Of a DNA stretch of 64,000 bases, positions 49,194 through 60,841 are shown piece by piece (the first letter of the stretch is position 1; each line of letters begins with the position of its first letter). The notes under the pieces were generated by a model. That model was not told the DNA's origin and did not search any database. It saw only the letters and a list, made by a program, of their open reading frames with translations. The stretch is taken from NCBI GenBank assembly GCA_019244185.1, contig JAFATB010000020.1, positions 32,001 to 96,000 on the forward strand, given 5' to 3'. The position numbers were made by a program, and so were the translations under genes. The DNA comes from Acidobacteriota bacterium. Its GTDB lineage: Bacteria > Acidobacteriota > Thermoanaerobaculia > Gp7-AA8.

Positions 49194-50495
49194 ATGGTCG
49201 TCGAAGCGCTACGCGCGTTTCTCCGCGAGCACGAGGTCGCGCCGTGCCGCATCGTCGTCGCCGTCTCCGGTGGCGTCGACTCGACGGCGCTGCTCCTCGC
49301 CTGCGCCGCGCTGCGCGACGACGGCTTTGCCGTCGTCGCGGCGCACGTGAATCATCATCTCCGCGGCGACGAGTCGGATGCGGACGAGGCGTTCGTGCGC
49401 GCGCTCTGCGCGCGGTACGACCTCGCACTCGAAGTCGCGGACGGCACGCTCGATCCGGAGCGCGTCCGTGCGCGCGGCATCGAGGCCGCGGCGCGCGAGG
49501 TGCGTTACGCGCGTCTACAGGAGATCCGCGCGCGAACGAACGCGAAGTGGATCGTCACCGCGCACCAGAAAAACGACCAGGCCGAGACGGTGCTCATGCG
49601 CCTGCTGACGGACAGCGGCATCGCGGGGCTGCGCGGCATTCATCCGATCCGCGACGACCGCGTGTTGCGGCCGCTGCTCGACGTCACGCGCGCGCAACTC
49701 GAAGCATTCGTCCGCGAACACGACCTCACACCGCGCCACGACTCCTCGAACGACGATCCGCGCTTTCTCCGCAACCGCGTCCGCGCGCTCCTGCGCGAGC
49801 TCAACGCGACGGACAACCTCGCGAACGTCGCGCGCGACGCGCGCGCGCAATGGCCGATCCTCGAACGCGCGATCGACGACGCGGAGCGCGTCGAGTGCAC
49901 CGCCCGCGAGACGCGCTTCCTCGAACTGCCGCACGAGACGTGGCTCCTCGCCGCGCTGCTGCGGCGCCACATCCGCCGTCTCGATCCCGACGCGCGCGAC
50001 TTCGACGCCACCCGCCTCGCGCACGACCTCGATAGGCAACGCCGCATCAGCGTCACGAAGCATCTCGAGCTCGTACGCGACGCACGCGGCTACGTGCTCC
50101 GCAAGCATCGGCACGAAGCACCGCCGCCTTTCGCCTTCGAGATCACGCCGAACGTCCCCACGCACCTCGAGCCGCTCGCGCAGACGCTCCATCTCGTCCA
50201 TCCCGCGCGCGACGGACATCAGCGCTTCCAACTCCCACGCGCCACCAAAGGTGTCTTCACGGTCCGCAACCGCCGCGGCGGCGATCGCTTTCAGCCCCTC
50301 GGCATGGATCGTCCGAAAAAGCTGAAGGATTTTCTGATTGATCGTAAGATTGCGGCCGAGGTCCGCGATTCGATTCCGTTGCTGTTGTGCGGGGACGAGA
50401 TCGTGTGGGTCGCGGGCGTCGAGATCTCGGAACGCTTCAAAGTCACCGACCCGGCGGGTGAGCTCTACGAAGTATGGCTGGAAGGCTCGCGATGA
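49194..50495 (+). CDS. tilS: tRNA(Ile)-lysidine synthase
   Basis: AVSGGVDS, HVNHHLRG, EAAAREVRY, AHQKNDQAET, RPLL, DSSN, RNRVR; C-terminal GDRFQPLGM..KKLKDFLID. Confidence 0.95.
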   Translation: MVVEALRAFLREHEVAPCRIVVAVSGGVDSTALLLACAALRDDGFAVVAAHVNHHLRGDESDADEAFVRALCARYDLALEVADGTLDPERVRARGIEAAAREVRYARLQEIRARTNAKWIVTAHQKNDQAETVLMRLLTDSGIAGLRGIHPIRDDRVLRPLLDVTRAQLEAFVREHDLTPRHDSSNDDPRFLRNRVRALLRELNATDNLANVARDARAQWPILERAIDDAERVECTARETRFLELPHETWLLAALLRRHIRRLDPDARDFDATRLAHDLDRQRRISVTKHLELVRDARGYVLRKHRHEAPPPFAFEITPNVPTHLEPLAQTLHLVHPARDGHQRFQLPRATKGVFTVRNRRGGDRFQPLGMDRPKKLKDFLIDRKIAAEVRDSIPLLLCGDEIVWVAGVEISERFKVTDPAGELYEVWLEGSR

Positions 50496-51004
50496 CAGAG
50501 ATCCGGCGCGTGTTCGAGGCAGACGCGATCGCGGCGCGCGTGCGTGACCTCGGTGCGGCCATCCGCGCGGATGCCGGCGACGCCGAAGTCTTCCTCCTCG
50601 GCATCCTCAAAGGCGCGTCGTGCTTTCTCGCCGACCTTTTGCGCGCGATCGGCGGCGACGTGAGTTACGGCTTCATCGACGTCGTCCGCGACGCCGCCGA
50701 CCATGGCAGCGACGCGCTGGAAATCGACTTCCTCAGCCACACCGACATCCGCGGGCGCCACGTGTTCATCCTCAAAGACGTCGTCACCACCGGCGTCATC
50801 GAGAACTACCTGCTGACCCAGCTGCGCGTGCACGCGCCCGCGTCGCTGCGGCTCGTCGCGCTGCTCGACCGCCCCGACGCGCGCACCGTCGACATCACCG
50901 CCGACTACCGCGCGTTTTCCATCGAAGACGGCATCTACGCGGGCTACGGCCTCGAGCACGAGTCACGATTCGGAAACCTCGGCTGGATCGGACGCGTACG
51001 CTAA
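50492..51004 (+). CDS. hpt: Hypoxanthine phosphoribosyltransferase-like protein (divergent active site)
   Basis: tilS-hpt-ftsH synteny; [25 protein letters not shown]; PRPP motif reads ILKDVVTTG. Confidence 0.8.
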   Translation: MTEIRRVFEADAIAARVRDLGAAIRADAGDAEVFLLGILKGASCFLADLLRAIGGDVSYGFIDVVRDAADHGSDALEIDFLSHTDIRGRHVFILKDVVTTGVIENYLLTQLRVHAPASLRLVALLDRPDARTVDITADYRAFSIEDGIYAGYGLEHESRFGNLGWIGRVR

Positions 51005-51104
51005 GACTGGCTTTGCAATATCACCTCATCGCCGCCCGTTAAGAATCGCGATAGTGTACGTGGCACGCGCGAAGCATCCGCGTCGCCGCGTAGGAGGCAA
51101 TTCG

Positions 51105-53051
<1,947 letters not shown>

Positions 53052-53058
53052 CTCTCGC

Positions 53059-53220
53059 GTGGACGAGCACACCGAACCGACGACGCAAACGGAGCGGGAG
53101 GAAGAAACGCCTCCCGCTCCGGCTGTTTCTCCCGCGCCGGCCCCTTCCCCTGCCCCGCGCTGGCGCGCCGCCGAAGAGCCGACCTGCTGCGGTTCCGGCT
53201 GTCTGGACTGCCCGTTCTGA
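53059..53220 (+). CDS. Small protein with oxidoreductase-like CCGSGC motif
   Basis: EEPTCCGSGCLDCPF at C-terminus; GTG 7 nt after ftsH stop. Confidence 0.6.
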   Translation: MDEHTEPTTQTEREEETPPAPAVSPAPAPSPAPRWRAAEEPTCCGSGCLDCPF

Positions 53221-53267
53221 GGAGTTCCGCAGGTAGGGATTGGCCGATCTGACGCCTCTCCTTATCG

Positions 53268-54014
53268 ATGGCAATCCTCGGCGCCGACACCCTCGCGAAC
53301 GTCACGAACGATCTCGTCGGACAGGTGCGCGACCGCTACGGCGCCGCGCCGCAGTTCTGGGGGCGCTACTTCAAGCAGCCCGGCTTCGCGCAGGACTACC
53401 AGCCCGCAATCGAGAGTCCGGTCTTCGCGGCGAACGGTCTGCGCCTCCTGCCGATCGCGCGGCAGACGGGGCGCGTCGGCGGCAGCGCGAGCGACGGCGC
53501 GCAGGATGCGGTCGCGAACATCGACGCGTTCACGACCTCGCTCGGCCCCGACTTTCTCGCGAAGGTCGGCGGCGAGGCGCTGATGTTTCTCGACGTCGAA
53601 GGCACGAGCGCGCAGAACCCGAATCTCTCGCTCGACTACTGGATCGGCTGGTCGTCCGCGCTCGTCGCGCACAGCCGCCGCACCATCGGCGGCGGCTTCA
53701 CGATGATTCCCGGCGTTTACTGCCGCCAGAACCAGGCGCCGACGTGGACCGCCATCGCCACCGCCGACACGCTCGGCTTTCCGTGCGCAGGCGCGTGGGT
53801 CTTTCGCGCGCGCAACAACGCGTGCACGAATCCGATCCCGAACTGGGACGCCGCGTTCAACACGCCGGCGGTCGCGCTCCCCTGCCCGATCCTGCTCTGG
53901 CAGTTCGCGATCGACTGCCTCGTGCCGGACGGCATCGACTTCGACATGGTCAATCCCGACCCGGCGGCGACGAACGCGTTGCTGACGCGACTCCTCCTGC
54001 CGATGCCGCGGTAG
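53268..54014 (+). CDS. DUF1906/GH25-like glycoside hydrolase domain protein (putative cell-wall hydrolase)
   Basis: FWGRYF, GAQDAVAN, MFLDVE, PGVYC, LWQFA pattern; no signal peptide. Confidence 0.6.
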   Translation: MAILGADTLANVTNDLVGQVRDRYGAAPQFWGRYFKQPGFAQDYQPAIESPVFAANGLRLLPIARQTGRVGGSASDGAQDAVANIDAFTTSLGPDFLAKVGGEALMFLDVEGTSAQNPNLSLDYWIGWSSALVAHSRRTIGGGFTMIPGVYCRQNQAPTWTAIATADTLGFPCAGAWVFRARNNACTNPIPNWDAAFNTPAVALPCPILLWQFAIDCLVPDGIDFDMVNPDPAATNALLTRLLLPMPR

Positions 54015-54045
54015 TATCATTCGCCGCGTCCGCTTCCCAAAAAAA

Positions 54046-55197
54046 ATGAAAGCCGTACTCGCCGCTCTCGCGTCACTGCTGTTCCTCGCCTCGTGCGCGC
54101 ACGAGAGCCAGTGGGATCAGGTCTCCGTCGCGCACAAGCGCATTCACCTCGCGCCGTGCGGCGCGACGCCCGCGGTCGCCGGCGTCGCGGGCGTGAACGC
54201 CGATCCGACCGAGGTGTATCTCGGCGACTGGCTCGTCGTCGGCGTCTGCCAGCTCGACGCGCTCGAGAAAACCGCGAACGCGGAACAGCAGCCGATCACG
54301 CTCTTCATCAACGGCATCGACAGCGGCAACGTGCCGGCGGGGATCGACTACGACCGCGGCACGCTCACGTTCGTCGTCGACCGCAACGAATCGAACAAAG
54401 GGCTCTGGCAGCCGCTCCTCTACGACCCGCTGTTCGACCGCATGACCAGCATGCACATCAGCGTGGGCATCAAGGGGAACAAGCCGCTGCCGCGCGCCGA
54501 GCACGCGCAGACGATCGTGCGGCTCAACAAGCTGTATCTCGACTGGACGTCGATCGTCTGGCTGCTGCTGCTCCTCGCGATCGTCATCATCCTGGTGGTC
54601 TTCGCGCGCCGCTCGGACATGCTGCGCGAGGCGCCGTCCGCCGCGGGCATCCGCGCGCCGTTCAGCCTCGGCCGCTCGCAGATGGCGTGGTGGTTCTTCC
54701 TCATCGTCTTCGGCTACATCTTCATCTGGCTCATCACCGGCGATCGCGATTCGATCCCGCCGTCGCTCCTCGGCCTCATGGGCATCAGCGCCGCGACGGG
54801 CCTCGCCGCGTACGCCGTCGGCACGCGCAACGATCGCCGCGAGGCGCAGCGCAAACGCCTCGACGACGAGATCGCCGTCGTCGATCAGGCGCTCACCGAC
54901 CCGGCAGCGAATCGCACCGAGCTCGAGGCCATGCGCGCGAAGCTCGTCACGCAACGCGCGAACCTGCCGCCGTTCCCCGCGTCCGCCGGCTGGTGGCACG
55001 ACCTCGTGCGCGACGAGCGCGGCGTCTTCGCCCTCGACCGCTTTCAGATGGTCGTCTGGACGGTCATCCTCGGCGGGCTCTTTCTCACGTCGGTGATCTG
55101 GGAGCTCACCATGCCGGAGTTCAGCGCCACGATGCTGGCGCTCGTCGGCATCAGCTCGGGCACCTACATCGGCTTCAAGTTGCCGCCGCCGAAGTGA
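54046..55197 (+). CDS. Membrane (lipo)protein, unknown function
   Basis: Lipobox LASC; duplicated TM unit FSLGRSQMAWW..LLGLMGIS / LDRFQMVVWT..MLALVGISSGTYIGFK. Confidence 0.8.
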   Translation: MKAVLAALASLLFLASCAHESQWDQVSVAHKRIHLAPCGATPAVAGVAGVNADPTEVYLGDWLVVGVCQLDALEKTANAEQQPITLFINGIDSGNVPAGIDYDRGTLTFVVDRNESNKGLWQPLLYDPLFDRMTSMHISVGIKGNKPLPRAEHAQTIVRLNKLYLDWTSIVWLLLLLAIVIILVVFARRSDMLREAPSAAGIRAPFSLGRSQMAWWFFLIVFGYIFIWLITGDRDSIPPSLLGLMGISAATGLAAYAVGTRNDRREAQRKRLDDEIAVVDQALTDPAANRTELEAMRAKLVTQRANLPPFPASAGWWHDLVRDERGVFALDRFQMVVWTVILGGLFLTSVIWELTMPEFSATMLALVGISSGTYIGFKLPPPK

Positions 55198-55555
55198 GCG
55201 CCTTCACGAGCTTCTTCGGCGCGATGGCGCGGAAGCTCTCGTCGATCCACGCTTTCATGAGGTCCATCGGCACGTCGTTCACTTTCGAGAAGCGCGCGCT
55301 GACCCAGCCGTGCTTGCCCATGCCGTAGCCGGTCGGCTCGGCGAACGGCAGATCGACGGCGATGTCGCGCGACTGCGGCAGCTTCACGGAGAGCGAGAGC
55401 TCGCCGGGACTCGAGGAGCCGCCGAGGAACACGAAGACTTTTTCTTTGACCTTGATGGCGCGATGGCCCCACGGATGGTCCTCGCGCGTCTCGGGGAACG
55501 TCAGCGCGTAATCGCGCAGCTCCAGCTCCAGCGACTCCAGCGTCTTCTTCGCCAT
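55175..55555 (-). CDS. MmcQ/YjbR family protein
   Basis: FPETREDHPWG, KVKEKVFVFL, PTGYGMGKHGWV, WIDESFR. Confidence 0.85.
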   Translation of the reverse strand: MAKKTLESLELELRDYALTFPETREDHPWGHRAIKVKEKVFVFLGGSSSPGELSLSVKLPQSRDIAVDLPFAEPTGYGMGKHGWVSARFSKVNDVPMDLMKAWIDESFRAIAPKKLVKALTSAAAT

Positions 55556-55577
55556 GATGCGGCTATCATCGCGCGCG

Positions 55578-56597
55578 ATGCGCAAACGCGTCTACATCGT
55601 CTATACGGGCGGGACGATCGGCATGCGGCGGACGAAGGACGGCTATCAGCCGGACTCCGGATCGCTGCAGGCGCAGATGGCGGAGATGCCGGAGCTGCGG
55701 CACGCGTCGATGCCGTCGTACGACATCCACGAATACCGGCCGCTGCTCGACTCCTCGAACATGACGCCGCGCGAATGGATCGCCATCGCGCGCGACATCG
55801 AGGCGCAGTACGAGCGCTACGACGGCTTCGTCGTGCTGCACGGCACGGACACGATGGCGTACACCGCGTCCGCGCTGCCGTTCCTCCTCGGCGGCCTGCG
55901 CAAGCCGGTCATCATCACCGGCTCGCAGATCCCGCTCTGCGAGATCCGCAACGACGCGCGCGAGAACCTCATCACCTCGCTCATGCTCGCGGCGAGCTAC
56001 GCGATCCCGGAAGTCTGCTTGTACTTCGGCGGCAAGCTGCTGCGCGGTTGTCGCGCGACGAAGGTGAGTGCGGACGGCTTCGCCGCGTTCGACTCGCCGA
56101 ACTTTCCTCCGCTCGGCACCGTCGGCATCGACATCGACGTCAACTGGGATCTCGTGCGCAAGCCGCGCGGCGCGGCGAAGCTCGACGTGCCGGAGCTCGC
56201 GCGTCCCGTCGTCAGCGCGCTGCGCCTCTTCCCCGGCATCTCGCCCGAGCTCGTGCGCAACGTGCTCCGTCCGCCGCTGCAGGGACTCGTGCTCGAAGCG
56301 TACGGCGTCGGCAACGGCCCCGATCAGGACGCGGCGTTTCTCGACGTGCTCGCGGACGCCGCCGCGCGCGGCGTGGTCATCGTCGACTGCACGCAATGCC
56401 TCGAAGGCAGCGTCGACCTCGGCGAGTACGCGGCCGGCTCGGCGCTCGCGCGCGCGGGCGTCGTCAGCGGCTTCGATCTCACCGCGGAGGCGGCGCTGGC
56501 GAAGCTCTATTACCTCTTCGGGCGCGGCTACAAACCGGAGCGCGTGAAGAAGGAGATGCAGAAGGATTTACGGGGAGAACTGACGCTGCGCGCTTAG
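55578..56597 (+). CDS. ansA: L-asparaginase type I
   Basis: YTGGTIGM, DSSNM, HGTDTMAY, TGSQIP, GVGN, DLRGELT. Confidence 0.95.
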   Translation: MRKRVYIVYTGGTIGMRRTKDGYQPDSGSLQAQMAEMPELRHASMPSYDIHEYRPLLDSSNMTPREWIAIARDIEAQYERYDGFVVLHGTDTMAYTASALPFLLGGLRKPVIITGSQIPLCEIRNDARENLITSLMLAASYAIPEVCLYFGGKLLRGCRATKVSADGFAAFDSPNFPPLGTVGIDIDVNWDLVRKPRGAAKLDVPELARPVVSALRLFPGISPELVRNVLRPPLQGLVLEAYGVGNGPDQDAAFLDVLADAAARGVVIVDCTQCLEGSVDLGEYAAGSALARAGVVSGFDLTAEAALAKLYYLFGRGYKPERVKKEMQKDLRGELTLRA

Positions 56598-56622
56598 ACT
56601 TATCTCAGGAGGTTCCCCCCAC

Positions 56623-57537
56623 ATGGCTCGCCTGCTCTTCGACCGCGGAGCCCGCGGTGCGATCATTGCCGACATCCAGCAGCACCTCGCCGACGCCGGC
56701 CACCATTTCGACGACATCGACGGAATCTACGGACAGCAGACTGCCTCGTCCGTGCAGTCGTTCCAGCAGGCGAAGCAGATGCCGGTCACCGGTTCCATCG
56801 ACACGACCACGTGGACGTCGCTCACGAACGAGCCGATCCCGTCGCTCGAACAGCGCTGCCTCGATCTGACCTCCACGTTCGAAGGACACGGGTTCACGCT
56901 CGCGCAGGGAAACTTCGACGGCGCCGGCATCACGTGGGGGATCATCGGCTTCACGCTGCAGGCGGGCGAGATCACGCAGCTCGTCGAAGCCGCATGCGCG
57001 CAGGACGCGGCGTTCGTGCGCGACTGCTTCGGCGATCAGACCGACGCGCTCCTGGCGATGCTGAAGGAAGCGTGGCCGCAGCAGCTCGCATGGGCCGATT
57101 CCGTGAGCCTCGGCTCACAGAAGGCGACGCTCGCCGAGCCGTGGAAGAGCGGCTTCGCGAAGCTCGGCGGCGCGAAATCCGTGCAGCAGCTGCAGCTCGA
57201 CCGCGTGCGCGCCGCGTACTTTCAGCCCGCGCTCAGCACCGCTGCCGATTTCGATCTCACCACGGAGCTCGGCGTCGCACTTTGCTTTGATATCCATGTG
57301 CAGAACGGCGGCATCCACCAGGACGCCGCGAAGGAAGTGCGCGCGCAGCTGAAGGCCGGCATGAGCGAGGAAGACATCCGCGTGCTGATCGCGAACGCCG
57401 TCGCGGACCACGCGAACGAGGCGTGGCGTGAGGACGTGCGCAACCGGAAGCTGACCATCGCGAAGGGCAACGGCGTCGTGCACGGCATCACCGCCGTGCT
57501 GCGCAACTGGGGACTGGACGAGGTCGCGGCGACATAG
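56623..57537 (+). CDS. Peptidoglycan-binding domain plus lysozyme-like domain protein
   Basis: AGGAGG RBS; DGIYGQQTASSVQSFQ..PVTGSIDTTTW; FEGHG..GNFDGAGITWGIIGF; FDIHVQNG. Confidence 0.8.
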   Translation: MARLLFDRGARGAIIADIQQHLADAGHHFDDIDGIYGQQTASSVQSFQQAKQMPVTGSIDTTTWTSLTNEPIPSLEQRCLDLTSTFEGHGFTLAQGNFDGAGITWGIIGFTLQAGEITQLVEAACAQDAAFVRDCFGDQTDALLAMLKEAWPQQLAWADSVSLGSQKATLAEPWKSGFAKLGGAKSVQQLQLDRVRAAYFQPALSTAADFDLTTELGVALCFDIHVQNGGIHQDAAKEVRAQLKAGMSEEDIRVLIANAVADHANEAWREDVRNRKLTIAKGNGVVHGITAVLRNWGLDEVAAT

Positions 57538-57590
57538 CGTCATCTACCGTCCGTAGAGCATTCGACGCCGGTTGCTACAATCGAACGCGC

Positions 57591-58949
57591 GTGGCCAAGA
57601 AAGCCGTCATCTACTCCTGCACCGAATGCGGCGCTCAGGCCACGAAGTGGCTGGGGCGCTGTCCCGACTGTAACGCGTGGAACTCGTACGCGCAGGAAGA
57701 CGTCGCGCCGAATGCTCCCGCGCAGCCGACGGCGCTCAGCGCCGGCTCGGCGCCGCAGCCGATCGGCGCGATCGACGCCGACGTCGCGCCGCGCGTCACG
57801 ACGCGCATGCCGAGTCTCGACCGCGTTCTCGGCGGCGGCCTCGTCATCGGCGCGGTGACGCTCGTCGGCGGCGAGCCGGGTATCGGCAAATCCACGCTCC
57901 TCCTGCAGGTCGCCGAACAGCTCGCGCGCAACGGCCCCGTGCTCTACGTCTCCGGCGAAGAATCGCCGCGGCAGATCGCCATGCGCGCGCGGCGGCTCGG
58001 CACGACGAACGACGCCATTCGCCTCTTCACGGAAACGTCGGTCGAGCGCATTCTGGCCGAGGTCGAGAAACTGCAGCCGGTGGCACTGATCGTCGATTCG
58101 ATTCAGACCGTGCACACGACCTCGAACCAATCGATGCCCGGCTCCATCGGCCAGGTGCGCGACTCCGCGGGCGTGCTGATGGCGGCGGCGAAGCGCCTCT
58201 CGCTGCCTGTATTTTTAATCGGCCACATCACGAAAGAAGGGACGATCGCCGGACCGAAGACGCTCGAGCACATCGTCGACACGGTGCTCTACTTCGAAGG
58301 CGAGAAGTTTCAGAACTACCGCGTCGTGCGCGCGTACAAGAACCGCTTCGGCCCGGTGAACGAGGTCGCGCTGTTCGAGATGCACGACGACGGGTTGGAA
58401 GAAGTTGCGAACCCGTCCGCCGCGCTGCTCTCGCAACGCAGTCAGTCGCCCGGCTCGGCGATTCTCGTCGCCGTCGAAGGCACGCGTCCGCTGCTGCTCG
58501 AAGTGCAGGCGCTCGTTTCGCCGACGCACTTTCCGTCGCCGCGCCGCATGGCCATGGGCATCGACGCGAACCGCGTCTCGCTGCTGCTCGCGGTGCTCGA
58601 GCGCAAGTCCGCGGGGACGTTCGTGCAGCACGACATCTACATCAATGTCGCCGGCGGCCTCACCATCGACGAACCGGCGCTCGACCTCGGCGTGGTCGCA
58701 GCCGTGCTCTCGTCGCAGCGCAACGTGCCGGTCGCGCACGATGTCGCACTCTTCGGCGAAGTCGGTCTCCTCGGCGAAATCCGCAGCGTCTCGCAGCCCG
58801 ATCTTCGCGCGCGCGAAGCCGCGGCCCTCGGCTTCCGCCGCGTCATCGTGCCGCAGTCGAATGCGACCGAGATTCGCGCCGACATCGAGACGCTGGCCGT
58901 GCGGCGCGTCGAAGACGTGGTCGGGCTGCTCTTCCCCGCCGCTCGCTGA
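57591..58949 (+). CDS. radA: DNA repair protein RadA/Sms
   Basis: CTECG..WLGRCPDC, GEPGIGKSTL, DSIQ, KNRFG, EGTRP, GEVGL. Confidence 0.97.
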   Translation: MAKKAVIYSCTECGAQATKWLGRCPDCNAWNSYAQEDVAPNAPAQPTALSAGSAPQPIGAIDADVAPRVTTRMPSLDRVLGGGLVIGAVTLVGGEPGIGKSTLLLQVAEQLARNGPVLYVSGEESPRQIAMRARRLGTTNDAIRLFTETSVERILAEVEKLQPVALIVDSIQTVHTTSNQSMPGSIGQVRDSAGVLMAAAKRLSLPVFLIGHITKEGTIAGPKTLEHIVDTVLYFEGEKFQNYRVVRAYKNRFGPVNEVALFEMHDDGLEEVANPSAALLSQRSQSPGSAILVAVEGTRPLLLEVQALVSPTHFPSPRRMAMGIDANRVSLLLAVLERKSAGTFVQHDIYINVAGGLTIDEPALDLGVVAAVLSSQRNVPVAHDVALFGEVGLLGEIRSVSQPDLRAREAAALGFRRVIVPQSNATEIRADIETLAVRRVEDVVGLLFPAAR

Positions 58950-59010
58950 ATGTCCCTTTACAAAGGCGGACTTCCGCCCCTACACTCCCGCCTGTCGTTC
59001 CCTGGAGCCA

Positions 59011-59766
59011 ATGGAAGCCACAATTGCACGGTCGCGGTGGGTGGGCAGAGTTGCAGCGCTGCTCGTTCTACTCGTCTTCTTCGCGGCCTGCGCCACGCAG
59101 ACCATCGTCGCCACCGCGCCTCCGCCGCCATCCGATGATGACGACTTCTCCGAGCTCATCGCCCAGCTGCGCACGGACCTGAACCGCCAGAACGGCCGCG
59201 TCGTCGCGAAGCAGCCGGCGCTCACGACGGCAGTCGACACGAAGCGGGAACGCGACAAGGAGTTCGCCGCGCGCGCGAAAGCGCTCTTCTCCGGCCTCGA
59301 CGGCAGCACGCTCGAGATGCCGGTCGTCGGCGTGCACACCTACGACCTCAGCGACAGCTGGGGCGATCCGCGCGATGGCGGCGTGCGCAAGCACAAAGGC
59401 ATCGACATCTTCGCGCCGAAAGGCACGCCTCTCGTCGCCGTCACCGACGGCATCGTCACCTACATCGGCGAGCAGCCGAAAGGCGGACGCTGCCTCTGGC
59501 TGTCGACCGAGAGCGGCACGTCGTTCTACTACGCCCACCTCGATCGCTGGGCCTCGGGACTCTACGAGGGACTCGAAGTCCGCGCCGGCGATCTCCTCGG
59601 ATACGTCGGCAACACCGGCAACGCGAAGTACACGCCGTCGCACCTCCACTTCGCCGTCAACACGAACGACGAGATGGTGAACCCGTATCCGTATCTGACG
59701 AAGGCGACGTACGTCCGCAGCGCGCGCGTTGTGTTCGAATCCGCCGGCGCCCTCGGCACGCGCTGA
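59011..59766 (+). CDS. M23 family metallopeptidase lipoprotein
   Basis: Lipobox FAAC; HKGIDIF, YAHLD, VGNTGNA, HLHF. Confidence 0.92.
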   Translation: MEATIARSRWVGRVAALLVLLVFFAACATQTIVATAPPPPSDDDDFSELIAQLRTDLNRQNGRVVAKQPALTTAVDTKRERDKEFAARAKALFSGLDGSTLEMPVVGVHTYDLSDSWGDPRDGGVRKHKGIDIFAPKGTPLVAVTDGIVTYIGEQPKGGRCLWLSTESGTSFYYAHLDRWASGLYEGLEVRAGDLLGYVGNTGNAKYTPSHLHFAVNTNDEMVNPYPYLTKATYVRSARVVFESAGALGTR

Positions 59767-59873
59767 GTCACGCGCAGCGCCCGTTCACGCCCAACCCCTG
59801 AAGAAGCCTGGGGCAACCAGCGCAGCCGGTCGGACCGGCCGGCTGGCATGCGCGTTGGAAGCGTTCGCTTTCC

Positions 59874-60833
59874 ATGCTCCTGCCCAACGACGCTTCCCTT
59901 CGCCGCGACGAGCTCCCGCAACTCCTCAACCTTCATCCGCGGGTGCTCGACGCGCTGATCGCGTCCGGAAGCGTGCAGGTGCAGCGCACCGACGGCGTCG
60001 AGCGCATCGCCGCCGCACAACTCGAACAACTCTTCCGCGACTCGCTGTTGCGTCTCTACTTCGCGCAGGCGCACAACGCCGCCATCGCGCCGCAAGCGCA
60101 GCCGCAGACATCCACCGAAGTGCAGCAGAAGGACGACGGCGCTTCCGACATCCTGCGCACCGGCGACGAGCACGAGCTGCCCGCAACGCCGCGCGCCGAT
60201 CTGCGCGCGGGCGAGCGTTACGTGCCGCGCCGCCAGCTCAGCGGCACGTTCCGCGACGTGAAGATGTTCGTGCTCCAGCTCTCGACCACGGGACTGCGCA
60301 TCCGCCACGAGGAGCCGCTGCGTCCCGGCGACGAGGCGCGGCTCAGCTTCGGTCTCGTCACGCCGCCGCAGGTCGTGCTGTTGCGCGCGAGCGTCGTCTG
60401 GACCAGCATCGCCCAGCGCGGCGACGGACCGTCGTACTACGTCAGCGGACTGCACGTGACGGCGAATGCCGATCGTCTCGCGAACGCGCTGGCATTGCTC
60501 AATCACAACCGCGAGCTGCAGCGCGCGCAGAACGAGGCCAAGCGCCGCGGCGGTGCGCTGCCCGGCCCCGTGCTCGGTCTCTCCGACGACGACGTCGTCG
60601 CGATCATCCGCGCCGCGCGCAAACTCGCCACCGATCCGACGGAAGCGACGCGCTGGTACACGCGCGCGCGCTTCGCGTATGCCGAGGAGGACGTGCGCAA
60701 GGTCGCGCCGCGCGGCGCGCGCGAACGCGAGGAAGTCCTCGGCGTGTGGGAGTACCTGCAGCGCCGCATCGACATCCCGAAAGTCGCGGGCGTGATGCAG
60801 TGGATCCGCAGCTCGCAGGCCGCGGCCGTCTGA
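59874..60833 (+). CDS. PilZ-like domain protein with N-terminal excisionase-like HTH
   Basis: RAGER and QLSTTG (RxxxR / xSxxG) then ASVVW; N-terminal ELPQLLNLHPRVLDALIASG. Confidence 0.65.
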   Translation: MLLPNDASLRRDELPQLLNLHPRVLDALIASGSVQVQRTDGVERIAAAQLEQLFRDSLLRLYFAQAHNAAIAPQAQPQTSTEVQQKDDGASDILRTGDEHELPATPRADLRAGERYVPRRQLSGTFRDVKMFVLQLSTTGLRIRHEEPLRPGDEARLSFGLVTPPQVVLLRASVVWTSIAQRGDGPSYYVSGLHVTANADRLANALALLNHNRELQRAQNEAKRRGGALPGPVLGLSDDDVVAIIRAARKLATDPTEATRWYTRARFAYAEEDVRKVAPRGAREREEVLGVWEYLQRRIDIPKVAGVMQWIRSSQAAAV

Positions 60834-60841
60834 GCTTCGCG

